Assembly (NCBI GenBank): GCA_951406725.2
Contig: OX597819.1
Location: forward strand, 91,140,001-91,204,000
Reading direction: 5' to 3'
From: Octopus vulgaris
Lineage: Eukaryota
Length of the DNA stretch: 64,000 bases
Shown: in pieces, positions 1-12,976 of the stretch
How positions within the stretch are numbered: the stretch's first letter is position 1
How the letters are laid out: each line of letters starts with the position of its first letter
Translations under genes and position numbers: made by a program
Notes under the pieces: model-generated
What the model was told of the DNA's origin: nothing
The model's database searches: none
What the model saw: only the letters and a program-made list of their open reading frames with translations

Positions 1-905
1 TACTATGCAAAACCTATGGCCTCAAAATACCTGATCCACCGGAACTCAGCCATTGCGGGCAATGCCAAATTCAATATTTTGATGGCAGACCTCGTCAGAA
101 TAATGAGAAATGTGTCACGCATGTGCGAGCCTACAGAATTAAAGAGACACATACAGTATTTCATTCACCGCATGCAGTTCTCAGGTTACAGCCATAAAGA
201 AAGGATCAGAGTATACAAAGGAGCCATGAAGAAATTTGATAATATATTATGTAATGATAGGAATGGGATTTGCCCACTCTATAGGAACAAGTCATGGAAC
301 ACTATAGAAAGGACAAAAAGAAAATAAGGAAGGCCAACTCTTGGTATGATAGCCATAAATACCAGAGTGTCATGTTCGTTGACACCACCCCTGGAGGTGA
401 ACTAGCGTACCGCTTTAGAAGGACCCTAGATAAACTTAAACTAAGAATTAAGGTTGTTGAAAAGCCAGGCAACCCTATCAGATCTATAATTGGTAGAACC
501 TATCCTTTTAGTAGAACTCTCTGTACGGATAACTATTGCACTGTATGTAGATTTAGCCCACAAACGAACTGTAAAGCCAGAAATGTGGTCTATAGTATAA
601 GATGTATAGAGGGAAGATGCAGTAACAAGACAGTAACATACGTAGGGGAAACTGCAAGAAGCATTGGTGAGCGGGTGAATGAACATTGGAGACAACTCAA
701 GGAAGGTAAAAGCTCATCGATTCTGTACCAACACGCCGAACAAGAACACGGGGGATCAATCAATAACATAGAGATTAAGATATTGTCCACACATAGAACA
801 GATGCAACAATTAGACAAATTACAGAAGCTACACATATAATAGAAAATAAACCTAGCCTGAATAGAAAACTAGAATGGAGCAATAGCGCACACCACAACA
901 TATGA
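1..905 (+). mobile_element. Penelope-like element: RT thumb/C-terminus plus GIY-YIG endonuclease, frameshifted near 315-327; 5' part lies outside the window
   Basis: Frame from base 1 reads YYAKPMASKYLIHRNSAI...SGY (PLE thumb-like). ORF 294..905 has a Cys linker (CTDNYCTVC) and NVVYSIRC...[16 protein letters not shown]...EATHI...PSLN, a GIY-YIG signature. Confidence 0.9.
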
Positions 906-1586
906 CAATAGTGGATCCTGCAAACATAATAAATACACAGGTAATTAAAGAAATAGAAATGAATATCTATGTGTATGTATATGTGTATATATGTGTATAT
1001 GTATATGTGTATATGTGTGTGTATATATGTATATATATATATGTATATGTATATGTATGTATATATATATATATGTATATGTATATTCTTTTTTTTTTTT
1101 TTTTTTTTTTTTTTTCGATTAGATTTATTATTATTATTACTAATATTGTTGTTATACATACATACAAGCATATGTAATGATAATAATGGGTGGATGTAAA
1201 CACATGAACAAAATTAGAACAAAAGCAACAACAACAAAAACAAAATACAAATTACAAGAATGTATATAACCAGAAGATACAAATATTACAGACATCCCCC
1301 CCACACACACTAAATAAACATAGACGCACATAGAGATATAAGCATGCGCAAATGAAGACATACAATAGAAATACAAAATGGCTGACGGTTAGTAAGGAGA
1401 GACACAAGTAAGTGAGAAGAAAACAAAGGACCACTGATGCGGTCACAGGAGTGTGACGAAAGAACTTTGGCCGAAATAAGATTAAGATTAATGTAAAAAA
1501 TAAATATCACTGAAGCAAAATAACACCAAATATATAGTGCGTGTGTTTTTATTGGCTAAACTGGCAATATGACCATTCCGAAATAT

Positions 1587-1593
<7 letters not shown>
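906..1593 (+). mobile_element. 3' non-coding region of the PLE (microsatellites plus unique tail)
   Basis: Near-identical to 21924-22094 and 23837-24345; ends in a (TA)n tract. Confidence 0.75.
1428..1472 (+). ncRNA. Candidate minimal type-I hammerhead variant in the PLE 3' region
   Basis: ggacca-CTGATG-cg-GTCACA-ggag-TGTGAC-GAAA-gaac-TT-tggcc. A9 is replaced by C and stem III is weak. Confidence 0.45.
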
Positions 1594-1633
<40 letters not shown>

Positions 1634-1635
<2 letters not shown>

Positions 1636-1799
1636 ACAGGCTTCTTTCAGTTTCCATCTACCAAATTTACTCACAAGACTTTGGTTGGCCTGAAGCTATA
1701 GTAGAAGACACTTGCCCAAGTTTCCATGCAGTGGGACTGAACCCAGAACCATGTGGTTGGTAAGCAAGCTACTTACCACACAGCCACTCCTGCACCTAT
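1634..1799 (-). mobile_element. tRNA-derived SINE head (Octopus-type family 1)
   Basis: Reverse complement carries GGAGTGGCTGTGTGGTAAG (A-box-like) and GGTTCAGTCCC (B-box-like); many copies in the window. Confidence 0.8.
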
Positions 1800-2124
1800 A
1801 TATATATATATAAAATGCACGTACATATATATGAACACATGTATATATAGATGCATACACAAGAAATCAGAATGCACGTATGCAAATAAATATGATCTGA
1901 TACAATGATCTCCATCCAAGATTATAGATAGTCAGTGAGTAGTTGGCCTAAAAACAATTCACTGACCTTACAAATCATGAAAACTTAAGATATTTATTGT
2001 TCTTCATATCAAATAACCTTCACTTAATAAACTTAACACATTATTCATTTGTCTACTTATTTATGTATTCCCTTCTTAAAAGATATTACCTATGGGAAAT
2101 GTTGAATGTGTTGAAGAGACATTA

Positions 2125-2480
2125 CATGTATGTATGTGTGTGTATATGTATGTATCATCATCATCGTTTAATGTCCGTTCTCCATGCTAGCATGGGTATG
2201 TATGTATGTATGTATGTATGTATGTATGTATGTATGCATGTATGTATGTATGTATGTATGCATGTATGTATGTATGTATGTATGTATGTATGCATGTATG
2301 CATGCATGTATGTATGTATGTATATATGTATGTATGTATGTATGCATGTATGTATTTATGTATGTATGTATGTATTTATGTTTGTACACATGTATGTATG
2401 TATGTATGTATGTGTGTATGTATGTATGTATGTATGTATGTATGTATGTATATATATATGTATTTATGTATGTATGTATT
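2125..2480. repeat. (TATG)n microsatellite
   Basis: Direct inspection; explains the MYVC/HTYI spurious ORFs. Confidence 0.95.
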
Positions 2481-2644
2481 TCTCTTCTATTTTTGAATTA
2501 TTATAAATCTTCCACTAAGGAGGGAACCGGTTTCCAACAAAGATACAAGACCCCATCTTTGGGATGTAGTTAACAGACAAATTCACATTTGGAAGTCGAG
2601 AAAATTCTTGCATATTTTTATTTGCATGCATGCATGTATGTATG

Positions 2645-2678
<34 letters not shown>

Positions 2679-2689
2679 TGTATGTATTC

Positions 2690-3080
2690 TTTTATTCTTG
2701 TATTTGTTTCAGTCATTCAACTGTGGCCATACTGGAGCACCACCTTAAAGGGGTTTTTAGTTGAAGAAATCGATGCCAGAACTTATTCTTTGTAAGCCTA
2801 GTTTTTATTCGATCAGTCTCTTTTGCCGACCTGCTAAGTTACAGAGACATAAACACTCCAACATCAGCTGTCAAGCAATAGTGGAGATACAAACATAGAC
2901 ACAAAGACACACACATAAATAGATACATTTACACACACACACATACACATATAAGGCTTTGGTCAGCCCAAGGCTATAATAGAAGACACTTGCCCAAGGT
3001 GCCTCATGCTGTGGGACTGAACCCAGAACCATGTGTTTGGGAAGCAAGCTTCTTACCATACAGCCACACCTCTGCCTATT
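2690..3080 (-). mobile_element. SINE family 1, near full length
   Basis: Same head and 3' tail (gactgaaacaa) as the other copies. Confidence 0.75.
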
Positions 3081-3146
3081 CTTACCACACAGTCACACCT
3101 AAACCCAAAACACATTCTCCTATATATATATATGTGTGTGTGTATA

Positions 3147-4370
3147 CAGGGTGCACAAAGTATTTGAGGACATACCTTTTTGCGTCATTGCTGCATTTCT
3201 TCTAGCTCTGTATAATATTTGTTTCAGAAAGTAATAATGGCAGACCCTCAGCTTGCTCAAGAAATGAAGAAGCATGCTGTTATTGTTTTATTGTGGTTAT
3301 AAAGGCTGAGCATAGCGATTTAGAAATATCTCGATTTTTAAAAGTTGCCAGACCATTCATCTACAAATTTTGAAAGGAACTAGAGACTGAAGATGGAAAC
3401 ATATCACCAGTATCAAAGCATAAAAAGCATTCTAAATGCTCTGAAATCATCAGAACATCTGAATTTATCCAGCAAGTTCGACAGACCACTGATTACAATC
3501 CCAGAAAGTCCATGAGATCAATTGCAAACGATCTCCATATGTCAGAAGGAACAGTCAAAAATGTTGTCCATGAAGAGATCATATATAAGTCTTATATGAT
3601 GAGGAAAGGTCAGTTTGCCAGAAAAAGCAAAAGAAAATCACTACATCAGATCTAAAAGGCTATTAAACAAACTGAAAAAAATCCAGCAGAAGATTTGATT
3701 TGGTTTTTCTCAAACGAGAAAAACTTTGGCCAAGATCAAAAAGTTAACAGAAGAAATGACAGATGGTTATGCATACAAAACTTCCTGCAATTCTCATGGT
3801 TTTAGGAGTTGTCAGCAATGAAGGACATGTGATGCCGCCTTAATTCTTTCTACAGAGTTAACTCTGCCACCTATATTGAGGTCCTGGAAATAATTGTTAA
3901 GCCTTGGATAGACGGTATATGCAATGGAAAGCCATATGTTTTTCAGTGAGACTCTACACTATCACACATGACTCTAGTAACACAGAAACAGATGGCTGAA
4001 AATTTTCATGATCAAATAACCCCTAACTCCTAATTCCCCAGATCTCAATCCATTGGGCTATTACATGTGGAGTGTTGTTGAGAGAGAGGTCAATGAACGC
4101 GCCCATAACACCAAAGATTCTTTGAAAGCTGCCATAGTCAGAGTTATGTCCAAAATGAACCAGGACCACTTGATTCGAGCATGCAGATGATTTAGATTTC
4201 ATATAGAAGCAGTTGTTGAAGCTGAAGGTGGCTTTATTGAATTACATTATAGAAAAGAAGGTTTATTTTTATCCTCATTTATCGTTTTTTTTTATAAATA
4301 AAGTTATTATCTGTTATTATATATATGTTTTTTATAAACCTAAGTGTCCTGAAATATCCTACATATCTTG
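3147..4370 (+). mobile_element. Degenerate Tc1/mariner (maT-like) DNA transposon
   Basis: TA-CAGGGTG left end and a degenerate right TIR. Transposase remnants NPRKSMRSIANDL, WFFSNEKNF, YVFQ*DS and PNSPDLNPLGYYMW, with stops and frameshifts. Confidence 0.88.
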
Positions 4371-4374
4371 TATG

Positions 4375-4427
<53 letters not shown>

Positions 4428-4431
4428 ACGC

Positions 4432-4462
<31 letters not shown>

Positions 4463-5071
4463 TGTATGTATGTATGTATGTATATATGTATATATGTATA
4501 TGTATGTATCGAGAGAGAGAGTGATAGACAGGCAGACAGACAAGCAGACAGGTAGACAGGCAGCCAGACAAACAGATATGTGTATATATATATAAATTTA
4601 TATATGCACATTCATATACATATACAAACAAATACACACACACATGCACTCATGCACACACACACACACGTATGTGTATATGAGGAAATTGAAGACATTG
4701 AACTTTCTGAAAACAATCCTTAGACTGCTTATATGCTGAGTTCTTCTTTTCCAGAGTTTGTACTTATATCAAAAAAATAGAAATATGAGAGTGGAGGTTA
4801 AGTCATGTCAATGACATGATCTTCATGTTGCTGGTAATTTGGGGAAAAACTTGAATGTCTTAAATTATTTTTGCATCTCTGAAACTATAAGGCCTTCTTA
4901 ATAAAGTACCAATAAAAATTAAGGAGGTGTGGTAAGAATTTTGCCTGCCAGCCACATGGTTCCAGGTTCAGTCCCACTGCATGATACCTTGGACAAGTGT
5001 CTTCTACTATGGACTTGGGCTGACCAAATCCTTGTGAGTGGATTTGGTAGACAGAAACTGAAAGAAGCCTG

Positions 5072-5129
<58 letters not shown>

Positions 5130-5269
5130 CATATTTACAGAAAAACAAAAGACAAAGGCAGGTGTAGGAACAACAAATAGGTGTATTAGCTTGACACTCA
5201 GGAAAAACAGAAAAGTCTTTTATGTTTTGAGCCTACATTCTTTGACAGAAAGGAATCATCTGCTTACCT

Positions 5270-6030
5270 TGCCAATTTTTTTTACATATTTATTATTACC
5301 ATCTTTAATATCAGGTTTCATAAGTTTAGCATCAACTTTAGTATTTATTTTTACAATCTTTTTATTATTCTTCAAATCTTTAAAATTTTGGAGATTTATC
5401 ATAGGGTTTATCTAATCAAAATTTTATTTTTCTATCTATACTTTCTTCATTCTATTATTATCTGTAGTTTCGGTCCAGTCATTATATATTATATTTGGGT
5501 TACTCCTTATTTTATCTTCACTATTTTCATTAAGTATGTATTTATTGGGCCTATAATATTTTATCCTATCCTTATATCATGCTTTTTCAAGTGCATTATT
5601 ATAGAAACTAGCATTTTTATAGATCTCTTCATTATATGAGAGATAAGTTAGTCACTTTCCGGTGTTTTTAATTAATGTGTATTTTATTGATTTTGGATGA
5701 TTACTTAGATTATTAATATATCTTAGATTCATGTTAGGCTTATGATATGATTCATATCTACCAGTTGCAAGATTAAAGTTAATATCCCCAAAATTGACCG
5801 AGTTATTTTCTTTTTCAATAAAGATTGAAAGACCATAATTTTAAAAGAATTTAGGCAATTTTTTTCTTATATAGTTCCAATTTCTTATTTGATGGGTTTT
5901 AAAATAGAAACAGTGCATCATTCCTATATAATCTACCCGTAGTTTCAGAAAATTCATTATTCAAGTTATACAGAATGAATATGCCTACTAGGACCATTAC
6001 CTGGACAAAATCCACAGACCCCATGGTTAT
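5270..6030 (-). mobile_element. Degenerate Penelope-like RT fragment (second PLE family)
   Basis: Manual minus-strand translation gives ...GLSIFIEK...VNFGDINFNLATGRYESYHKPNMNLRYINNLSNHPKSI...LSYNEEIY...YNNALEKA, a PLE thumb pattern with stops. Confidence 0.75.
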
Positions 6031-6479
6031 ATCAATATATATATATGTAATGCTAACAGGATACAAAATACTGATCTCAGTTGATTATCTTTTATTGGTT
6101 ACAACTTGGTACAGTTGTGGCTGTGAGGTTAAACTTGCTTCCCAACCATGTGATTTTATGTTCAGTCTCACTACATTATGTTTTGGACAAGTGTCTCCTA
6201 CTATTGTCCTGGGCCAACCAAAGTTTTGTGAGTGGATTTGGTAGATGGAAATTGAAAGAAGCCTGTTGCATATATATACATACACACACACACACACACA
6301 TATATATATAGTAGCGAGGAAAGGCAAACAATTAGGCAAGGCTGAACAAAGATTTTTAATTGTTTATCTTTCTTCACTACTTTAACCTATAACTACTGAC
6401 TCAAAGGAAAGCCACCTTTAGTTGTTTTGAACAAGACAATCACAAAACCATAACTTCATCTGCTGTTCAAATAGGAATT

Positions 6480-7475
6480 TTGGTGGCACATCACTTTGAA
6501 CACTCAGAGCACATACCTATCTCAGGGTGCATGGATTAAATTGAGGAAGCTCACATGAGCTGACCTGTAGAAGATGGAATCTTTTTGCATCTCCTTTCTG
6601 CTGTGGGTGGTGTATGACACACTCTCAACACCAACAAACCTGCACAGATAGGTTTTGAGGGAAGACCAGCTGTGTAGACTTTGTGGAGAAAGGGACACTC
6701 TGCCACACATCTTGGTAGGGTGCAGAATAGCACTTTTTCAAGGCAGGTACAAATGGCACCATGATTGGGTGCTTGCAACACTTGCTCATACCCTGAAGCA
6801 GGAAAGGTGCAAGAAACATCATCACCAGGAGAAGGCAACAGCAGCAATTAAGTTCGTGAAAGCGGCAGAGAGATCAGTAAAGTCAGCAAAAACAATACAT
6901 AGCTTGCTGCATGGATCTCAACCATTGGATATGAAATTGGACTCAGGGAGAGATTGCAATTTCCCCAGGTTGTCCATACAACCCTGAGGCCAGATGTGAT
7001 CCAGTGGTCTGAAAATGATTGTAATTGAACTCACAGTCCTGTGGGAAGAGAGGTGTGATGAGGCCCATGAACTCATGCCAGATATGAGAGCCTTCTGCAG
7101 GATTATGGGGAAAAGGAATGGCAGGTATGGCTTTTTCAAGATTGGCTGTAGGGGATTCCCTGCTCATTCAGCATGGAGGATGCTTACAGCAATTGGAATG
7201 AGAAGTAAGGTGTAAAGGGTGGCTGTGCACAGGATGGGAGGGGTTGCTGAAAAAGGCTCTTGTTGGCCTTGGTGCAAGAGAGAAGAGTTAAGCCAGAGGA
7301 AATGAGGAACAGTGACTTGGCCACCTCTGCTGACCCACTAATAGGAGGGTGTTATGGTTCTAGGTCAAAACACCTGATGAACATTGGATACTGCCTGATG
7401 ACGTCAGTTTCTCCTGACCAAGGCTCCGTTCACTTTGGTGAATAGGAAAAGCACCTCCATATAAGTGTTATTAAT
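6480..7475 (+). mobile_element. 3' fragment of a non-LTR retrotransposon with a restriction-like endonuclease (Hero/NeSL-like)
   Basis: CCHC knuckle CRLCGERDTLPHILVGC, RYKWHHDWVL, LRPDVI and IELTVLWEE...EAHE; frameshifted. Confidence 0.82.
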
Positions 7476-8431
7476 ATACCTGCTAACATGGAAGCCTAAT
7501 ATGGATTCCTAGCTCCAGCCTTAGCTGTGAACTTGGAACCTAATGGATAACCAATTATAGCACTTACTCAGCATACCTATTCATTTAGATTGCTGGTGAA
7601 CTAAACACCTCATAGTCTAAGTATGTATATATATATATGTATATATTTACACATATTGTCAATAAATCATAAATCCAAAAGAGAAGCTCACTCGAAGTTA
7701 TAGAGCAGTATTAATGACATGTTTCTGTCAGTTCCCTTATGCCATAGCTACATGAAATTGATAGAATAAGTACCAAACTTAGAAAACAAGCATTGGGGTT
7801 GATTTGTTTGACTAAAACCCTAAAGATATGCATGATCAACAAGTCTATGCTCAACTGGTAAAGCCATAATAAGTCTGAAACATGTCTGGAGTTGTCTTTT
7901 ATAGTTACCACAATAATCAAAATAATATTTCTCATTCAATAACATTTAAAAAAAAAGTACAAAACAAACAAAATAATGTCTAGCAGTAAAAATATTTATT
8001 AAATAATATTATTTGATAGCTGGCATATTAAAAGAATCACTAAAAGAAACTATTGTTTGCTGTCTGAAATAATTAGAGACAACGAGAGTACAATGGCCAT
8101 TCCTGATTAATACTTTGGCTGAAAATATATATATTTACTAAGATAACTATAAAAGAAGAAAAAAATTAATAAACGCAAGAGAAGAGGCTGCATTATGGAG
8201 GAGACATTTGTATACAAATTGGATGTTTTATGAACTTGAGAGATTGCTAAGGACAGACACAACCAGTGGGTGTTTTTTTTTTATTTATTTAATGATTTAT
8301 TTATTTATTTTACAATCCAATTAAGAATGAAGAACTAAAGGTGCTTTCTGGCATTTGATTGCTGAACACTAGTTAAGCCAATTCTCCAGAATGGTGTAAT
8401 TGCATCTGCTGAAATAAAATATATTTATAAA

Positions 8432-8464
<33 letters not shown>

Positions 8465-9124
8465 CTTTGTCTTGACATCATGTGATGGTTGTAAATGAGT
8501 GTCACTGTTATACAAGTAATGTTGTTAATTTCCTGTCTTCCATGGGAAAGCATGCCTGGCAACAAAGAGAAATATTACCTTGTTTGAAAACAGGTGAGAA
8601 TTGGCAACAGGAAGGGCATATGGCCATAAAGAATCTATCTCATCAAATTACACCTAACCCATGCAAGCACAGAAAAGTGGACATTAAATGATGATGATGG
8701 TAATTTGACTGCTGTTATTCTCCAGTCTCAGATCAGTCTTGATCAAGAAGACCTGTGGTCAAAAATAAGGTTGAAGAACCTGTGGCTTTCTGAAGCAGCA
8801 CATATAATAGGAAATCATAAAGTCCTAGCTTTTTAAATAATTATGAATTTTAAAAAATCCCTTTTTTATATTTCTTGTAATTAATTGCTTAAAATATATT
8901 TATTACATTTGGGTTTAAAATATAGGTATCCAAAGAAATTTTTTTAAAAAATTCTGCATTTTGTAGTTTTGGATATACAAAAATGAACTGGATGTTCATG
9001 GCTGGAATATCAGGTCTGCTGTGTACTGACTGTCTGGGAGGATGAGGGTTAAACAACAGCAACAACATTTATAAAGACAACACAGTATCTCTGTACTTGT
9101 TAAATAAAACTGGTTGCTCATATG

Positions 9125-9617
9125 CAGCAGTCCTCAACTTGGGTTCCCTGGAAACCTAAGGTTTCGCAATAGGTTTCTACCAGTTCCACAAGAAAGAATG
9201 AGATAAGCTAAAGCTAATTTCATGATCGTAATATTACTATACATGCACAACATATTATTGGTTATTGTAATATTGTAATATAGACATCATCCTATCTAAC
9301 CTATTAGGTTGTCCCAAAAGTTCGTAAACACTTGCGAAAATTGAATTTTTACTCACCAAGTACTAACAAAAACAACAAAAATTATTCCTCAAAATAAAGA
9401 CCATTATTTTCCAAGACTTTCTACGAACTTTTGGGACAACCTTATATTATGTTATCAAAAAATATAATAACCATATATATATGTGATATTTACCACATGA
9501 ACTATGATGAAAAAAAATGAGAAAGATTTGGTATATAATTTTTTTTGTGCAGGGATTCCTTGAGACATGTAATTTATTTTAAGGGTTATGCAAGGGTAAA
9601 AAGGTTGAGAAACACTG
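9125..9617. mobile_element. hAT-type MITE
   Basis: Ends CAGCAGTCCTCAAC and GTTGAGAAACACTG; perfect 8-bp TSD CTCATATG at 9117-9124 and 9618-9625. Confidence 0.85.
9304..9444. mobile_element. Mariner-type MITE nested in the hAT MITE
   Basis: ~22-bp TIRs TTAGGTTGTCCCAAAAGTTCGTA flanked by TA. Confidence 0.85.
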
Positions 9618-11221
9618 CTCATATGAATTTAATCATATGTTCAGTTTTACCTCTTGTTATACACAAATACAAAGAAAATGAAACTCAATATGATATGGAA
9701 ACAATAGTTTATTACTTTCCCTACTCAGCCACTGTCTTTATCTAAATTTAAAAACTGGGTTTCAGTTCTGGGTGTACACCAGCAATTTCTGCTTTGTGAT
9801 TTTACTATACGATCATTGTAAAGCAGGTTCTATTAATTCTTGACTCATTCAGGTATTAAATAGTTATTGGCTCTGTATGTGTGTAGGTGTATTTGCAAGC
9901 ACTTGTTTTACCTGAAATATATTAATCCTTTATATCAATACAGATTAACATTATTGAAGCCTAGTTATCTACATTAAAACTGTTTACTCTGCAAATTTGC
10001 TCTGATCTTGAGTGTAAACAGTTTATAATTTGTACACTTAAGATGTTGGAGAAAAGACTGTGTTAACTTTTTATCTTCACTATTAATATTTTCCAGGTAA
10101 GAAGGTAAAGCCAAAGACTCACAACACTTTTTATAATTGGTGAAGGTTATTGATCTATTGATTCCATTATAGCACAACAACTTATTTTATTGATCTGCTG
10201 AGAATAATAAAAAGCAGAGTTAATCTTTGTATAATTTGAACTACAAAATGTGAGTCACCAAAGCAGATCCTGTAAATTATGTACTTCAGCTCTACAGCTT
10301 CATATCTATTGCTTCTATCAAATCATAAGTGCCTGATGAAATGCTTGTCGTATTTAGTCATAGATATTTATGCTTAGAGGTCAGATGTTACTGAAGTCAA
10401 CTTTGCCTTTCATCCAACTGGATTTTTTACAGCTGGATAGATAACTTCTCTCACCATAGACTAATTCAAACATAAAATAGGATCATGCTGATCTTTCAGC
10501 TAGACAAACTGAGGCAGACAATGTTATGTATCTAGTTGAAAAACAACAACACAATATGTGCCAGACTTAAAACCTTTGGATAATAACCCAATCACCAATG
10601 TAGACAAAAGCTAAATTACTCATACATCAAAAAGAAAAGAAATTATGCTAAATATAAATGGACGGTTTTATTTTAGATATGAATACTTCACTCTTACTCA
10701 TCCAAATTTGATAAAATAAAATTTCCATGAAAATATTTTCTAAAGACCTGAGTGGTGATTAACCAAATCTTGAGCAAGATTTGGTTTGTTTCATTGTGAA
10801 AGGTTTGTCAGTCAAGCCCCATTTTGGAATTCTTTTGAAATATTCCCAATTTAGTTTCTTTTCACCTTTTTTTTTTGTTTCTTTTTTCCCTTTTCTAATT
10901 TGAAAGCACAAGGGACCCCACAAAAACAGAGATCTTGTACTTTATATGAATGTTGCTATAAATAGTTATTTTAAGATCATTACTTGTTAAATTTGTTATT
11001 CTTGAATTGTATTTGGAATTAGGCAAAGTCAATGAAACTTACAAAGTCCAATGACACATTAAAAAGAGCTTATTAAGAAAAAGGACAAAAAAAGAGAAAG
11101 AAAAATAGGTTCAATTCTACTGTGTGGCAAACCTTCATGAGTGGATTTCATACACAGAAAATGAAGGACGCCTGTCATAATGCATGTGTATACATATACA
11201 TAGATGTATGTATGTATGTAC

Positions 11222-11360
11222 TAAACAATAATATGAACAGTTAGGTGCAATATAATACCATAAAGGAAAACATTGTCACTAAGTGTGACCAAGGGTGCTG
11301 AAGCACCTGCATTGCTAGAAAAAGGAGTTAAACACTTTTAATGTTTTAAGAAGAGCACAA

Positions 11361-11419
<59 letters not shown>

Positions 11420-11751
11420 TAGCAGGTGAGTTGACCACCCATTGACCATCTCTGGAAGCACCAGACTAGACCTAGTTTCATCTATTCCATAGTCATCATC
11501 AGTAGTGACTGCTCAAACAGTTGATGGTTTGGCTAATGCCATCTGCCAGTATATATATTTTTACCATGAAAATCTTTGGCTGATCTAGCGAAATGCTAAT
11601 GCATATACTGAAAATTAATATAAACAGCTAGGTGCAATGTAAAACAATAAAGGAAAAGTTTAATCATCACTAAGTGTGACCAAGGGTGCTGAAACACCCA
11701 CATTGCTAGAAATAAGAGTTAAAAAACTCTTAATGCTGTAAGAAGAGTGCC

Positions 11752-11798
<47 letters not shown>

Positions 11799-11856
11799 CT
11801 GATAGGGGAGTTAGCTTTTCTATGACCATCTCTAGAATAGCCAGACTAAGCCTAGA
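11222..11856 (-). repeat. ~1.6 diverged tandem copies of a ~387-bp unit carrying a hammerhead-like motif
   Basis: aatatgaacagttaggtgc (~11230) recurs as aatataaacagctaggtgc (~11617); each copy has an internal (TA)n(CA)n tract. Confidence 0.75.
11465..11506 (-). ncRNA. Minimal type-I hammerhead ribozyme, partly degenerate
   Basis: Reverse complement: ACTA-CTGATGA-t-gaCTAT-gga-ATAGat-GAAA-CTAGG-TC-TAGT. Confidence 0.65.
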
Positions 11857-12976
11857 ACAGTGAAAAAATACAAGACTTTTTTCAAGTTCCAAATGTGAAT
11901 TTCTCTGTGTTAACTACATACCAAAGGTGGAGCTTTGTATCTTTGTTGGAAAACAGATCCCTCCTCAGTGGAAAATTTATAATAATGGCACACACACAGA
12001 CACACACACACACACATACATACACACACAGCTATATACTTGTATATACTTCTTTGTACATCGTTGTGGGACTTAAAACGTAAAGACAGATGAGATACTG
12101 CTAGGCATCTTGCTTGGCACACTAACGTTTCTGCCACCTCACCACCTTAGAAAGTAAACATTCGTTTTAGAAATATATTCTTTATTCTTATTGCTGAAGC
12201 ATTACTCCCTTTCTTCCTTACTTAGTAACATGACATTTCATAACATTTCTACTAATTTTTCTACTAATTTTTGTTCAATGCAACTAGTAATTCTGAATTC
12301 CTCATACATTTTTCTATCATATAAGCCTAAGAAAAGTATTATATTTTTAATTTAAAATTAAAAAAATGTTGTTAATCTGCCTTACTGCCCACTTGAGGTT
12401 ACAGATATTTTGATGTAACTTTTTTCTACTGAACCAAATCTCAAACTATTTATGCCAAAGTGTAGCTGAGGAGGCGGTCCTCTTTAAAACTATTAACAGT
12501 TTGCAATTTAGTTGAGAACTGAATTAGTGGTGAAACTTGGAATCTGCTGCGATTGACAAAATGGCAGACTTAAGAATATATTCAACTGCTACCGTGGTTG
12601 AATGATACTTTTATAGTATCTGTCTCTGGAGCAAAAGTAACAGAAACTACTACTAGGAATCCGCAATCATTAAGAGAATTCATTATATTTATTGTATGTG
12701 TGCTCTTACTACTAACTCTATCTGTGAATATGTTATATACAAAGCCTTTCTCAATAAGCTTACATGTCATCTCATTGCAATTTTTGGTCTCCCTCAAGCA
12801 CTCTGTATGGAATTCTTATTTCCTTTTTTTCTGTAGATCAAGCATAATCACTTCCCAGGTGACAGTAGTCTTGTCATCTTTCTTGCTAACAAAACTCATA
12901 TCATTGCCTAATATAATTTAAAACCTCTCAATTTCAGTTTTTGCTTGTGTTTGGAATTTCTACTCTGATTTTTCAA

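Noticed and set aside
1997-2573. Long ORFs rich in MYVC/HTYI/IY (also at 590-1203, 4213-4649, 18088-18502 and elsewhere)
   Set aside because: Translations of (TATG)n, (TA)n and (CA)n microsatellites.
2495-2615. CT(G/A)AGGA-containing ~115-bp repeat, also inverted at ~11865-11985, as a hammerhead
   Set aside because: No GAAA core or stems I/III found; treated as an unclassified dispersed repeat.
12380-12960. Possible exon or pseudogene (ORFs 12582..12797 minus and 12598..12921 plus)
   Set aside because: No recognisable protein motif, stops in flanking frames, no consistent splice pair.
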